A DNA stretch of 64,000 nt from Candidatus Hydrogenedens sp. (GTDB lineage Bacteria; Hydrogenedentota; Hydrogenedentia; Hydrogenedentales; Hydrogenedentaceae), in assembly GCA_049968235.1 (NCBI GenBank), contig JBMFRC010000012.1, positions 32,001 to 96,000 of the forward strand, given 5' to 3'. This document shows positions 1-9,271 of this stretch, piece after piece. The number at the start of each line of letters is the position of its first letter. Position 1 is the stretch's first letter. The notes beneath the pieces are model-generated. The model had not been told where the DNA came from and did not search any database. It saw only the letters and a list, made by a program, of their open reading frames with translations. The position numbers and the translations under genes are program-made.

Positions 1-1
1 A

Positions 2-1198
2 TATAAACTTCCTTTCTATGCCAATTTTCCCATAGCCAAAGGAATTATAGAAGCAGATATTAAATTGGGTCTATTTTATATGAATATGGTAAAGGAACTA
101 TTTCCGGGAGAGAACAAACCAACTACAGAAGTAGCATTAGCAAAAATAGAATATACAACATTAATGAACGAGATGCCTCCATTACGATATGTTGCTTTAC
201 ATTGGGATAGTATGTTGTCGAAAGAAGAACAGAATTTAATTTTAACATGGGTGAAATCTACTCGTGCCAAATATTATGCTACGGAGGGTATTCCCGAAAA
301 TCTAAAGGAGGAAGTTGTCCAACCTTTACCCCAAAAAGTAAGTGTTGAAGAGAAGAAAGTAGCACTGGGAAATAAACTGTATCATGATAAAAGATTGTCT
401 AAGGACAATAGTCTTGCTTGTGCAGGTTGTCATGATTTAGGAACGGGAGGCGTTGACCGCAAGAAAACATCAGAAGGCGTTGGAGGAGCCATTGGTCCAA
501 TAAATGCTCCCACAGTTTACAATGCACTATTTAACTTTGTCCAGTTCTGGGATGGCAGAGCAAAAGATTTGCAAGACCAGGCTGATGGTCCCGTTAATAA
601 TCCTATCGAAATGGCTTCCAATTGGGAAGAAGTAACATCGAAACTTAATCAGGATGCGGAATTTACTCAGGCATTTTTGGAAGTCTATCCATCAGGGTAT
701 AACAAAGATAATTTTACAAACGCTATTGCAGAATTTGAAAAGACATTAATAACTCCTAATTCCCGATTCGACCAATTCTTATTAGGTAAAACAGATGCTT
801 TAGATGCCGATGAAAAAGAAGGATATGCTCTTTTTAAGAAATATAGATGTGCTACCTGTCATGTTGGCAAAGCCATGGGTGGACAATCCTTTGAGAAAAT
901 GGGTTTGAAAGCAGATTACTTTAAGGACCGTGGTGGAGAAATAAAAGAAGCCGATTTGGGAAGATATAATGTAACGAAAAGAGAAGAAGATAAACATAAG
1001 TTCAAAGTGCCATTACTTCGCAATATTGCAGTTACACAACCATATCTTCATGATGGTTCTACCGATGACTTACAAAAAGTTGTAAATATCATGCTGAAAT
1101 ATCAGGTAGGTAAACAAGTTCCCAAAGTAGAAGAGGAAAAAATCACAAGGTTCTTAAAAACCCTGACAGGAGAATATCAAGGAAAATTATTACAATAA
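2..1198 (+). CDS. di-haem cytochrome c peroxidase (CCP/MauG family), probably 5'-partial
   Basis: Two CxxCH haem sites (CAGCHD, CATCHV) and the FWDGRA block typical of bacterial di-haem CCP. The frame has no stop from nt 2 to the TTG at 65 (track start). No signal peptide is present in-window although a haem c protein must be exported, so the N-terminus probably lies upstream of the window. Confidence 0.75.
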   Translation, partial: YKLPFYANFPIAKGIIEADIKLGLFYMNMVKELFPGENKPTTEVALAKIEYTTLMNEMPPLRYVALHWDSMLSKEEQNLILTWVKSTRAKYYATEGIPENLKEEVVQPLPQKVSVEEKKVALGNKLYHDKRLSKDNSLACAGCHDLGTGGVDRKKTSEGVGGAIGPINAPTVYNALFNFVQFWDGRAKDLQDQADGPVNNPIEMASNWEEVTSKLNQDAEFTQAFLEVYPSGYNKDNFTNAIAEFEKTLITPNSRFDQFLLGKTDALDADEKEGYALFKKYRCATCHVGKAMGGQSFEKMGLKADYFKDRGGEIKEADLGRYNVTKREEDKHKFKVPLLRNIAVTQPYLHDGSTDDLQKVVNIMLKYQVGKQVPKVEEEKITRFLKTLTGEYQGKLLQ

Positions 1199-1311
1199 AA
1201 ACGCTTTTTATATCGCACCTTGTCAGTATATGAAGGATATATCAGTATATTTGATGACAGAATCAAGTATAGTGGTATTGTATTACAATATAAGTTTATT
1301 CCGATAAGTAG

Positions 1312-1350
1312 TTAGAGGGGCAGATTATATATCGCCCCTCTAATTTTTCT
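1312..1350 (+). terminator. rho-independent terminator after CCP gene
   Basis: 10-bp perfect inverted repeat ttagaggggc(1312-1321)/gcccctctaa(1334-1343) with a 12-nt loop, followed by TTTTTCT (1344-1350). Confidence 0.6.
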
Positions 1351-1400
1351 GTTATCAATGATATATGAGATATTTAACTTATTAAGTAGCATTGTAATTA

Positions 1401-2381
1401 TTAAATAAACATACCTATGACTTCAGCCATGCCTGCATTTACAGGAGGAGTTCCGGCACCAGTTGGGTTTAATGGGTCTTCCGCAACATAACGGATAAAT
1501 TCCACATGCCCATCCATATATAGAACATTGGAACCTCCGGGGATATGATTAAATCCTTCAGGTTTGGTAGAAACATGGTCAAGCATAATCCATACAGAAC
1601 TCTGCGCCTGTGCGGAAGATGCTGGATTATTAATATCTGTAATTAAGAATCTTTCAATACCTTCTCTTAGGCGATATACAGTACTACCACCACCATTACC
1701 ATTACCTGCCGTTACAGTTACATCCTTGTCAACAAGATTAGGCCATTGTGCAGGATTCGCAAAAACAGGAACGAGGGTATTTAGTGCAAGTTCAATAAAT
1801 TGACCGGGTCCGGTTACAGGCTGATTAATTAATGGAGGAACTGCAGGTAGTGTCATCGGATTGTCTGTAGTTTTAGCACGGTCTAAAACCCAGCCGATAT
1901 ATACATAACTTTCGTCTATTGCAGCAGCACCATAGTGTTCGTTAGTGCATAGCCAGCCTGCGGTGTTTTCTCCTGTTGCATCATTAGTAATATCTTTGAT
2001 TGTGCTTTGTGCATCGGATGGACAAAAAATTATTGCCGGATCAGTTAAATATTCCGGATACAAAGTCGTTAAATCGGGACCCATAGCAAGGAATACAGAC
2101 CTTTGAAAAGTGGTGTATGCTGGATTGGCAACATCACAATCTCTATAAATAGGTTGTGAGCCTTCCCTTACGAGAATTCTTGGGAATCTTTCACCTTTTG
2201 ATTCCCCACAATACATTTTGAACACTAATCCCCATTGCTTCAAGTTATTTTGACAACTTGACCTTCTTGCCGCTTCGCGAGCCCTTGCTAACGCAGGCAG
2301 TAAAATAGCAGCAAGAATTCCGATAATAGCAATGACGACTAACAATTCGATTAAAGTAAAACCTTTTTTACTTTTCTTCAT
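1401..2381 (-). CDS. prepilin-type N-terminal cleavage/methylation domain protein, DUF1559 (H-X9-DG) family
   Basis: N-terminus [32 protein letters not shown] is a type IV pilin-like leader plus TM segment. C-terminal [17 protein letters not shown] matches the H-X9-DG motif. This family is massively expanded in PVC bacteria. Confidence 0.8.
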   Translation of the reverse strand: MKKSKKGFTLIELLVVIAIIGILAAILLPALARAREAARRSSCQNNLKQWGLVFKMYCGESKGERFPRILVREGSQPIYRDCDVANPAYTTFQRSVFLAMGPDLTTLYPEYLTDPAIIFCPSDAQSTIKDITNDATGENTAGWLCTNEHYGAAAIDESYVYIGWVLDRAKTTDNPMTLPAVPPLINQPVTGPGQFIELALNTLVPVFANPAQWPNLVDKDVTVTAGNGNGGGSTVYRLREGIERFLITDINNPASSAQAQSSVWIMLDHVSTKPEGFNHIPGGSNVLYMDGHVEFIRYVAEDPLNPTGAGTPPVNAGMAEVIGMFI

Positions 2382-2653
2382 ATAGGACCTCCTATCGTTA
2401 GTTTGTTAATTTTTTAATGAAACTATTTAAGATTAAAAATAGAATTATTATAAGAAGAAAAATATGAAAAGTCAAATTTAAATTTTCTTTTCTTTTATAG
2501 TTGTATTGTAGATATTATTATTTGTAAAAGTGAAAATAAGTATCTTTTTTGTTGAAGATTCTTATTTGTTGTATTTTAATAATATTATTATAAATTGATA
2601 AGAATAATGTGTTTTTTGATTATTTTTAATTTAATTAATAGGAAAATTTATTA

Positions 2654-3571
2654 ATGCAAAGAAGAGAACCTATATATTTAAATATTAATAAAGATAAAGA
2701 AGAAGAGTACCTTGAATGGGCAAGAAAATCTCTTCAAAATTGTTATGCATGTCCAAGACACTGTGGTGTTAATAGATATAAAAATCAATCGGGTCATTGT
2801 AAGATAGGTCAGTATGCACGAGTTTCAAGTGCTTTTCCTCACTTTGGGGAGGAATCGTGTTTAGTCGGTTGGCATGGTTCCGGTACAATTTTTTTTAGCG
2901 GATGTAATTTGAATTGTGTTTTTTGTCAAAATTATGAGATTAGCCAGTATCCATCAGGAGCGGAGTGTTCAGCAGAAATTATTGCAGAGATGATGTTAAA
3001 CTTACAGTCTTTAGGTTGCCATAATATCAATCTTGTTACTCCTTCTCATGTAATTCCTCAAATTATCGAAGTGCTGATTATTGCCAAACGAAGTGGATTA
3101 CAAATCCCTATTGTTTATAACACAAATGCTTATGATAATATTGAATCATTAAAAATCCTTGAAAACTGGATTGATATCTATATGCCTGATATAAAATATT
3201 GGGAAGAAGAAACAGCATGTAAATATTCGAATGCTAAAAATTATCCGGATATAGCAAAAGAGTCTATAAAAGAGATGCATCGTCAGGTAGGAGATTTAAT
3301 TATAAATTCTGATGGAATTGCTCAACGGGGATTATTGGTGAGGCATCTTGTGATGCCCGGATTAATTCATGAAACGAAAGAGATTCTGAAATGGATAGCA
3401 TCCGATATTTCTAAAAATACATATATTAATATCATGGGACAATACCGTCCCACATATAAAGTTCCTCATAATCCCTGTTATCTTAAAATTTCTCGAAGAC
3501 CAATGCGTGAGGAAATTGAAGAAGTTATTCATTTTTCCAAATTATGTGGATTAACGAGAATTGCAGAATAA
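2654..3571 (+). CDS. radical SAM protein, PflX-like (putative pyruvate formate-lyase activating enzyme family)
   Basis: CNLNCVFC radical-SAM CxxxCxxC cluster plus an extra N-terminal Cys cluster (CYACPRHCG...HC), as in the COG1313/PflX family; about 305 aa. Confidence 0.65.
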   Translation: MQRREPIYLNINKDKEEEYLEWARKSLQNCYACPRHCGVNRYKNQSGHCKIGQYARVSSAFPHFGEESCLVGWHGSGTIFFSGCNLNCVFCQNYEISQYPSGAECSAEIIAEMMLNLQSLGCHNINLVTPSHVIPQIIEVLIIAKRSGLQIPIVYNTNAYDNIESLKILENWIDIYMPDIKYWEEETACKYSNAKNYPDIAKESIKEMHRQVGDLIINSDGIAQRGLLVRHLVMPGLIHETKEILKWIASDISKNTYINIMGQYRPTYKVPHNPCYLKISRRPMREEIEEVIHFSKLCGLTRIAE

Positions 3572-3574
3572 AAA

Positions 3575-3612
3575 CCCCTTAAACACAAAGTATATTTAAG
3601 GGGTTTTTTTTT
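3575..3612. terminator. bidirectional rho-independent terminator between convergent genes
   Basis: Perfect 9-bp inverted repeat ccccttaaa(3575-3583)/tttaagggg(3595-3603), 11-nt loop, flanked by AAAA upstream and T9 downstream (3604-3612). It lies between the convergent radical-SAM gene (+) and the SGNH hydrolase gene (-). Confidence 0.7.
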
Positions 3613-3620
3613 CTGATTTT

Positions 3621-5843
3621 TTATCTTACATATTGTTTTCTGATATGTAATGCAGAACAGAAAGTCATTACACATACAATTAATACAATTGTTAATGTTG
3701 AACTAACAGGAACTTCATCTGAAATGATAACATGAAATTCATAAGTAGCATTGGTTTTCTGTCCATCATCATATTCACAAATGTATATTCCTGTATCCTC
3801 AATTTGTGCGTTGGGAATCCAGAGGGAACGGCAATGAGTATTTAATCCTCTTTCTTCTAAACTACCATTTAGTTTGGACCAATTAAATGAAGAATTCATA
3901 GATACAGGTTCCGGAACACGCAAGCATATATCAGACCCTGCTTTGAAAATTCCGCCCAATGTTGAAGAAGAATGGCATTCTTCACAATCCGAACCGGGAT
4001 ATACAACAGGATTTAATGCAGAATTAATATATGCCTGTTTTTTCTCTTCATAACTCATATGTGAACGGACAAAATATTCATATTCCTGTTTATTTGTCCA
4101 GCCATCCCCATCCGCATCACCATCAGGACCGAAAAATTGAGGTAGAAGTTGATAGAAGGTAGGAACAATGATATTTACATGTATATTGAAACTGGGGTCT
4201 ATAGCCTGTGCTGCTATAGAAATTACAGTCGGTATCATCGTGGATTCTTGATTACCTAAGGTCATGTATCCTGCTAACATTTGTGGCAAACCATAAAATA
4301 TGGTATTTACGATACTTCCTTCACCACCACAGTCTGTAATCATTCGTTGCATGTTTTGGTTGAAAGCATTCACAGCAATTTGATGACTTATACCGCCATT
4401 GGCAGTAAAATCAATAGATGTATTGTTATAACATTCCGTGATAAGTGAAAATTCTAACGAATCTAACATGCCATTTCCGGAAATAACAATAGGGTCTATA
4501 GATATTTGTCCACCATTCAAATCACATTCTTCAGGACTAAACGAAAGTCCTTCTGCTCCCTGGTCTCCTAATAAAACATAATATGCACTTAAATTTTCAT
4601 GTAAATATTGCATACCTGCTACAATTTCATGGTCAGGTTGCCTTATAAAATCATGATACTCCCAAACGCCGTTATAACAAAAATCTCCATTGCCTTCTGT
4701 ATTTCCCGTGCCGGGTCCTCCTAATGGTTTTGAAGTGCTATCTACAATAGTATCATCATCAATTACACAAAGTGTAACATTTCCTACTGCCCCTGCAGTA
4801 TCTACAACCACATTGTAAACTTGATTACCCTGAACATTATTGACAGATAAGATAGAAAGGGGAGAGGATAAACTATCCTTTGCATTAAAATCAGATGTAT
4901 CAACATTAGAAACAGGTTCACTAAAAGTTACAGAAAAAGTCATTGTATTTCCGTTAGAAGAAATACTATTAATTAAATAAACTTTTGGATAATCCAACCA
5001 TTGACTAATGAATTCCGACATGCATCTCTGGGCTAATATTTTATAACCTGCTTGAGATAAATGTATATCCCCATCAAACAGTCCATCAGGATGAACTAAT
5101 GAACATGGGTCTCCTCCGGGAAAAGGTGTATAGGTGGGATAATTACCTGGATAAGGGACAGAATGAGGGGGCAAATTTGTGGGAGTTGATGTCCCAAAAT
5201 GATATTGCATTAACCCAAGATTATGAACATAATAAACTCGTGGCTTGCTATCTGCCAGAGCCTTTTTGGCTTGTTCAAATCTTACAAAAGCATTTTGCTG
5301 GTCACATATTGAACAACCACCACGGTCTCTGCCTGCAAAAGTATATCCACAAAGAGCAACGCGAATATCGGGACGAACTGAAAGAATTTCATCAATAATA
5401 CCACTCATATAATTTACAATCGTATTAATAATGTATTCTTCCTGGGATGGATTAGAAAGCATATCACAATTCCAACGAGATGTTTGTGGAGTTCCTCGAA
5501 GGAAATCATTTCCTCCTAATGTTATCAATACAATATCAATTGTAGGATATTTTGCTAATTCTTCCTTTACATTTTGAATATAATTATATTCTTCAGGGTA
5601 AAATTCAAATGCTCGTGCTCCCATAATAGCAGTACGACTACCTATCTCTCTTAAATGTTCCATTCCAGGTGTTTCGTTAAAAATTTCTTTAAAGGTTCTA
5701 AATGCCCACATAAAACCAGTCCAACTATCACCGACTAATAGAACCCGTGGAATTTCCTCTTGAGAAAATGCAACAGAACTATCTATGAGAATAAGTAAAG
5801 ATAAGAAACAAATCAAGAATAAACTTAAAATACTATGTTTCAT
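3621..5843 (-). CDS. secreted multidomain SGNH/GDSL-family hydrolase with Ca-binding repeat, Ig-like domain and C-terminal TM anchor
   Basis: Signal peptide. SGNH blocks VLLVGDSWTG (I), LGGNDF (III) and DGDIHLS (V). A DGDADGDGWTNKQE thrombospondin-type-3-like Ca-binding repeat. A C-terminal Ig-like segment (GIYICEY...YEFHV) followed by a hydrophobic stretch LTIVLIVCVMTFCSAL. Confidence 0.65.
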   Translation of the reverse strand: MKHSILSLFLICFLSLLILIDSSVAFSQEEIPRVLLVGDSWTGFMWAFRTFKEIFNETPGMEHLREIGSRTAIMGARAFEFYPEEYNYIQNVKEELAKYPTIDIVLITLGGNDFLRGTPQTSRWNCDMLSNPSQEEYIINTIVNYMSGIIDEILSVRPDIRVALCGYTFAGRDRGGCSICDQQNAFVRFEQAKKALADSKPRVYYVHNLGLMQYHFGTSTPTNLPPHSVPYPGNYPTYTPFPGGDPCSLVHPDGLFDGDIHLSQAGYKILAQRCMSEFISQWLDYPKVYLINSISSNGNTMTFSVTFSEPVSNVDTSDFNAKDSLSSPLSILSVNNVQGNQVYNVVVDTAGAVGNVTLCVIDDDTIVDSTSKPLGGPGTGNTEGNGDFCYNGVWEYHDFIRQPDHEIVAGMQYLHENLSAYYVLLGDQGAEGLSFSPEECDLNGGQISIDPIVISGNGMLDSLEFSLITECYNNTSIDFTANGGISHQIAVNAFNQNMQRMITDCGGEGSIVNTIFYGLPQMLAGYMTLGNQESTMIPTVISIAAQAIDPSFNIHVNIIVPTFYQLLPQFFGPDGDADGDGWTNKQEYEYFVRSHMSYEEKKQAYINSALNPVVYPGSDCEECHSSSTLGGIFKAGSDICLRVPEPVSMNSSFNWSKLNGSLEERGLNTHCRSLWIPNAQIEDTGIYICEYDDGQKTNATYEFHVIISDEVPVSSTLTIVLIVCVMTFCSALHIRKQYVR

Positions 5844-5993
5844 TTTTGTCTCCTTTTTATTTATGTTATGTAATAAAAAACAATAATTAAACTAAATAAA
5901 TTATAGCAATAAAAAAAGAAAAAAATCAATAAAATATACTTAAGAGATATTTTTTTAATAAAAGAAAAAATTTTAATGAAAAGTATTTTAAAT

Positions 5994-6022
5994 TTGACAA
6001 GGAGTAAACAGTGTGCTATAAT
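5994..6022 (+). promoter_or_regulatory. sigma70-type promoter of the rex/hnd operon
   Basis: TTGACA (5994-5999), 17-bp spacer, extended -10 TGcTATAAT (6014-6022). This sits in an AT-rich divergent intergenic region about 80 bp upstream of the rex start. Confidence 0.5.
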
Positions 6023-6040
6023 TTGTTCATAAATTCACAA
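6023..6040 (+). promoter_or_regulatory. putative Rex operator 1 (TTGTTCATAAATTCACAA)
   Basis: 18-bp imperfect palindrome resembling the Rex box TTGTGAA-N4-TTCACAA (right half perfect, outer TTGT/ACAA conserved). It abuts the -10 box. Confidence 0.5.
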
Positions 6041-6066
6041 TTATACTTACAGGTAAGTATATAAAT

Positions 6067-6084
6067 TTGTTTGTAAATTCACAA
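6067..6084 (+). promoter_or_regulatory. putative Rex operator 2 (TTGTTTGTAAATTCACAA)
   Basis: Second copy of the same 22-nt direct repeat (20/22 identical to 6022-6043), 44 bp downstream of operator 1, between the promoter and the rex start. Confidence 0.45.
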
Positions 6085-6101
6085 TTAAAAGTATAAAGTA
6101 T

Positions 6102-6797
6102 ATGGTATCTGAGAAAACAGTAGAAAGATTAAGTTTATACCGCCGAATACTTCAACAATTGAGGGTCGAGAGTAAAGAAACTATAATGTCCCATGAACTT
6201 GCGAATATGTTACACATAAAGCCAGCACAGGTACGCAGGGATATTATGCAATTAGGTTATTCAGGAATACCTAATAGTGGTTATAGAATTCGACCTCTTT
6301 TAGAGAGTATTGCAAATTTTTTAGATTCCCCGTTGCCTCAGAGTGCTGTTTTAGTAGGTGTTGGACATTTAGGACTTGCGTTATTGGCTAACTTTGCAGG
6401 ACGATGGAGGCAATTAGCTATTCGTGCCTCTTTTGATAAAGACCCTGCAAAAGTAGGACAGACTTTTCATGGTTGTCGTTGTTATGCTATGTGTGATTTG
6501 CAAAAAGTAATTGCGGAGACAAAAAGTGTAGTAGGCATCCTGGCAATACCGGGTGAAAGTGCCCAATCTGTTTGTGACCTTCTTGTTCAGTCAGGTATTA
6601 GTGGCGTATTAAATTTTTCCCCATTGCGAATTAAAGTGCCTGATAATGTCTTTATAGAACATGTTGACCTTTCCGCTACGTTTGAAAAAGTTTCGTTCTT
6701 TGCAAGAAGAATGAAACATTATGCAGAAGAAGAAAAACGGAAAGTAGAAAATGAAATTACTGAGGGTGAATACGAAACATTAACAACCAATCAATAA
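6102..6797 (+). CDS. rex: redox-sensing transcriptional repressor Rex
   Basis: N-terminal wHTH (KTVERLSLYRRIL) and Rossmann GxGxxG (LVGVGHLGLAL), typical Rex architecture, with an acidic C-terminal tail. It sits at the head of an NADH-linked hydrogenase operon. Confidence 0.85.
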   Translation: MVSEKTVERLSLYRRILQQLRVESKETIMSHELANMLHIKPAQVRRDIMQLGYSGIPNSGYRIRPLLESIANFLDSPLPQSAVLVGVGHLGLALLANFAGRWRQLAIRASFDKDPAKVGQTFHGCRCYAMCDLQKVIAETKSVVGILAIPGESAQSVCDLLVQSGISGVLNFSPLRIKVPDNVFIEHVDLSATFEKVSFFARRMKHYAEEEKRKVENEITEGEYETLTTNQ

Positions 6798-6823
6798 ATA
6801 AAAAATTTTGTAGGAGATAGAAT

Positions 6824-7348
6824 ATGAATGAAGAATCAAAGCATGCGTGTATGGAAGAAGCAAGTGAAGAAGAACTGCTTGCTCGGCTTGATGAAGTAAT
6901 TGCAGAATATAAGGACAAGCCCGGTGCTCTTATTCCTGTTCTGCAGATTGCTCAGGCTATGTTTGGTTATCTACCCGAAAGTGCATTAAAAAAGATTAGT
7001 TTGGGACTGAACAAACCGTATAGTGAAGTTGCAGGTGTGGTAACATTTTACTCATTCTTTTCAACCCAGCCTCGTGGAAAACATATGATTCGTGTCTGTT
7101 TAGGAACTGCTTGTTATGTCCGTGGTGGCAAACAGGTTCTTTCTGCAATTAAGGATAAACTCCATATTGATGTTGGAGAGACCACGAAAGACCGTATGTT
7201 CTCTTTAGAGGTGGCTCGTTGTTTTGGTGCTTGTGGGCTTGCTCCTGCCATTATGGTGGATAACGATGTGCATCAACGGGTAAAACCTGCCCGAATTCAG
7301 GCTATTTTAGACCAGTATTTAGACAAAAACACAGAAAAAAATAAATAA
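6824..7348 (+). CDS. hndA: NuoE-like [2Fe-2S] thioredoxin-fold subunit of bifurcating hydrogenase (HndA)
   Basis: CLGTAC...CFGAC Cys pattern of NuoE/HoxE/HndA; AGGAGA RBS 8 nt upstream; order hndA-hndB-hndC-hydA. Confidence 0.85.
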   Translation: MNEESKHACMEEASEEELLARLDEVIAEYKDKPGALIPVLQIAQAMFGYLPESALKKISLGLNKPYSEVAGVVTFYSFFSTQPRGKHMIRVCLGTACYVRGGKQVLSAIKDKLHIDVGETTKDRMFSLEVARCFGACGLAPAIMVDNDVHQRVKPARIQAILDQYLDKNTEKNK

Positions 7349-7370
7349 GAAATAAATAAGGAGAAAAGCC

Positions 7371-7742
7371 ATGTCAAATATTATTCATTCTCCAGAAGAC
7401 CTTAATGCTTTACGAGAAAAGGCAATTAAGGACATTGAGATTCGTAATTCACATAAAGATTTGGTGATTACTGTTCACATGGGAACATGTGGTATTGCTG
7501 CGGGTGCCAGAGAAGTATTAAAAAATATCATCTCTGAAATTTCTGCTATAGGTATAACCAATGTTACAGTCCGTCAATCTGGATGTGCAGGTCTCTGCGA
7601 CCGTGAACCCATGATTACGGTTACTCATAAATCCTCCGGTTCTGAATATCGTTATGGAAAATTAAACACGGAAAAGATACGAGAAATTGTGAAACAGCAT
7701 ATTGCAGAAGGTAAACCTGTGATGGAATATTTAATTTCCTGA
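7371..7742 (+). CDS. hndB: small [2Fe-2S] ferredoxin-like subunit (HndB-like)
   Basis: 123 aa; HMGTCGIAAGA...CAGLCDREP thioredoxin-like [2Fe-2S] fold; size and position match HndB of tetrameric Hnd hydrogenases. Confidence 0.7.
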   Translation: MSNIIHSPEDLNALREKAIKDIEIRNSHKDLVITVHMGTCGIAAGAREVLKNIISEISAIGITNVTVRQSGCAGLCDREPMITVTHKSSGSEYRYGKLNTEKIREIVKQHIAEGKPVMEYLIS

Positions 7743-7825
7743 TGAAGAAATACAGGGTAAATTCGGATTCCCATAAAGTGGTTGAGATGAACATGTATAG
7801 CAAAATAAGAAAGAATGATATAGAA

Positions 7826-9271
7826 ATGAAAATGAACATATTACATCTATTTCTTATTTTATTTTTATGTTCATCCGCAACCTTTACTGAAATATCTGAT
7901 TGGGAAACCATCTCACTTTCGGATACAGGAGAAGCATTACAAAATCCCGGCATGGGATGGGTATTACATTTTTACGATAATGTTCCTGAAAATTATGGTT
8001 CTAAATTAGCCCCTTCAGATACTGTTGATGAATTCCCTGCCCTTTCAGTTATTTATTTGCGAATAGCATGGTCGTTTTTAGAACCTGAAGAAGGAAAGTA
8101 TAACTGGTCTATATTGGATACTCCTTCTCAACGATGGATTTCTAAAGGGAAACAAATTGCTTTGCGCATTACCTGTAGTGAAACTCCTATTCCATGGGCG
8201 ACACCAAAATGGGTTTATGAAGCAGGAGCCAAAGGTAATTTCTTCATTCCTACCCAGGGGATAAAAGAAAATGGGACACATTGGGAACCCGAATTTGATG
8301 ACCCTGTTTTCTTGGATAAGTTGGATAATTTTTTAGCAGTGTTAGCAAAGAGATATGATGAAAATCCGGAAATAGCCTTCATAGATATGGGTTCATTAGG
8401 AGTGTGGGGAGAAGGTCATGTATGGCATTCCACACAAAAACATATTTCGACGGAAACCATAAAAAAACACATTGATTTGCACATAAAGCACTTTAAAAAC
8501 ACAATAATTGCTCTAAATGATGACCTTATCACAAATGGGCAAAAATTGGATGTAATTCCCGAAGAGAAAAAAGAACTCCTCAATTATGCTATCAAAAATG
8601 GGTTAACACTTCGCGATGATAGTATTCTTGTTCAGGGTGGAGATAATGTATATTTTAGTGCAAGCCTTGCGGAATACTTCTGGCGAAATAGACCTATCAT
8701 TTTAGAATCTGAACATTATGGACCATCAAAGGCTGAAAGGCATTGGGGGGACGGAAGTAAATATTTACAGGCTGTAGAAGATTACCATGCAAGTTATACT
8801 TCTATTCATTGGTGGCCAAGGGAGTTTTTACAAGAAAACAAAGATTTGATAGATAAAATCAATCTTCGTTTGGGGTATCGTATTGTCCCTACCGAAGTTA
8901 AATGGCAAAAGACAGTAAAAATATCCGAGAAAAAATGGGATATATCCTACCGTTGGGCAAATAAAGGAGTGGCACCTTGTTATCGGGATGTATATCCCAT
9001 TATTACATGGAAAGATGAGAAAGGAGGAATTGTTGCTGTTTTTACAGATGAGACATTTAATCTCAAACAATTACCAATAGGGAAGCAGGATGAATTAAAA
9101 GAAATTGAGGTAAAAAAATCTTTTTTTATTCCTTTTTTATTGAAAGAAGGAAATTATACAGTATTCATTTCAGCGGGTTCTATTACGGGCACGCCTGAAA
9201 TTCAATTACCGTTAAACAACACAGACCATGAAAAAAGATATGTTATAGGTAAAGTTAATGTTGTTTTGTGA
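7826..9271 (+). CDS. secreted glycoside-hydrolase-like TIM-barrel protein (DUF4874/DUF4832, GH42-related)
   Basis: Motifs QNPGMGW and WSFLEPEEGKYNW (the W-x-LEP-x-EG-x-Y block of GH42-like/DUF4874 proteins). The track ORF starts at 7742 (overlapping the hndB stop), but a signal peptide MKMNILHLFLILFLCSSA begins at 7826, so that is taken as the start. The gene looks AT-richer than flanking hnd genes. Confidence 0.6.
   Translation: MKMNILHLFLILFLCSSATFTEISDWETISLSDTGEALQNPGMGWVLHFYDNVPENYGSKLAPSDTVDEFPALSVIYLRIAWSFLEPEEGKYNWSILDTPSQRWISKGKQIALRITCSETPIPWATPKWVYEAGAKGNFFIPTQGIKENGTHWEPEFDDPVFLDKLDNFLAVLAKRYDENPEIAFIDMGSLGVWGEGHVWHSTQKHISTETIKKHIDLHIKHFKNTIIALNDDLITNGQKLDVIPEEKKELLNYAIKNGLTLRDDSILVQGGDNVYFSASLAEYFWRNRPIILESEHYGPSKAERHWGDGSKYLQAVEDYHASYTSIHWWPREFLQENKDLIDKINLRLGYRIVPTEVKWQKTVKISEKKWDISYRWANKGVAPCYRDVYPIITWKDEKGGIVAVFTDETFNLKQLPIGKQDELKEIEVKKSFFIPFLLKEGNYTVFISAGSITGTPEIQLPLNNTDHEKRYVIGKVNVVL

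Noticed and set aside
76-997. Short minus-strand ORFs (76-270, 800-997) inside the CCP gene. Similar short antisense or overlapping ORFs occur elsewhere (1564-1803, 5099-5398, 7621-7953, 8078-8281, 8828-9070, 9725-9949, 10826-11243, 12445-12969, 14413-14721, 20643-21836 and others).
   Set aside because: All lie entirely within, and antisense to or out of frame with, long ORFs that have clear family motifs. They are low-complexity translations and are treated as spurious.
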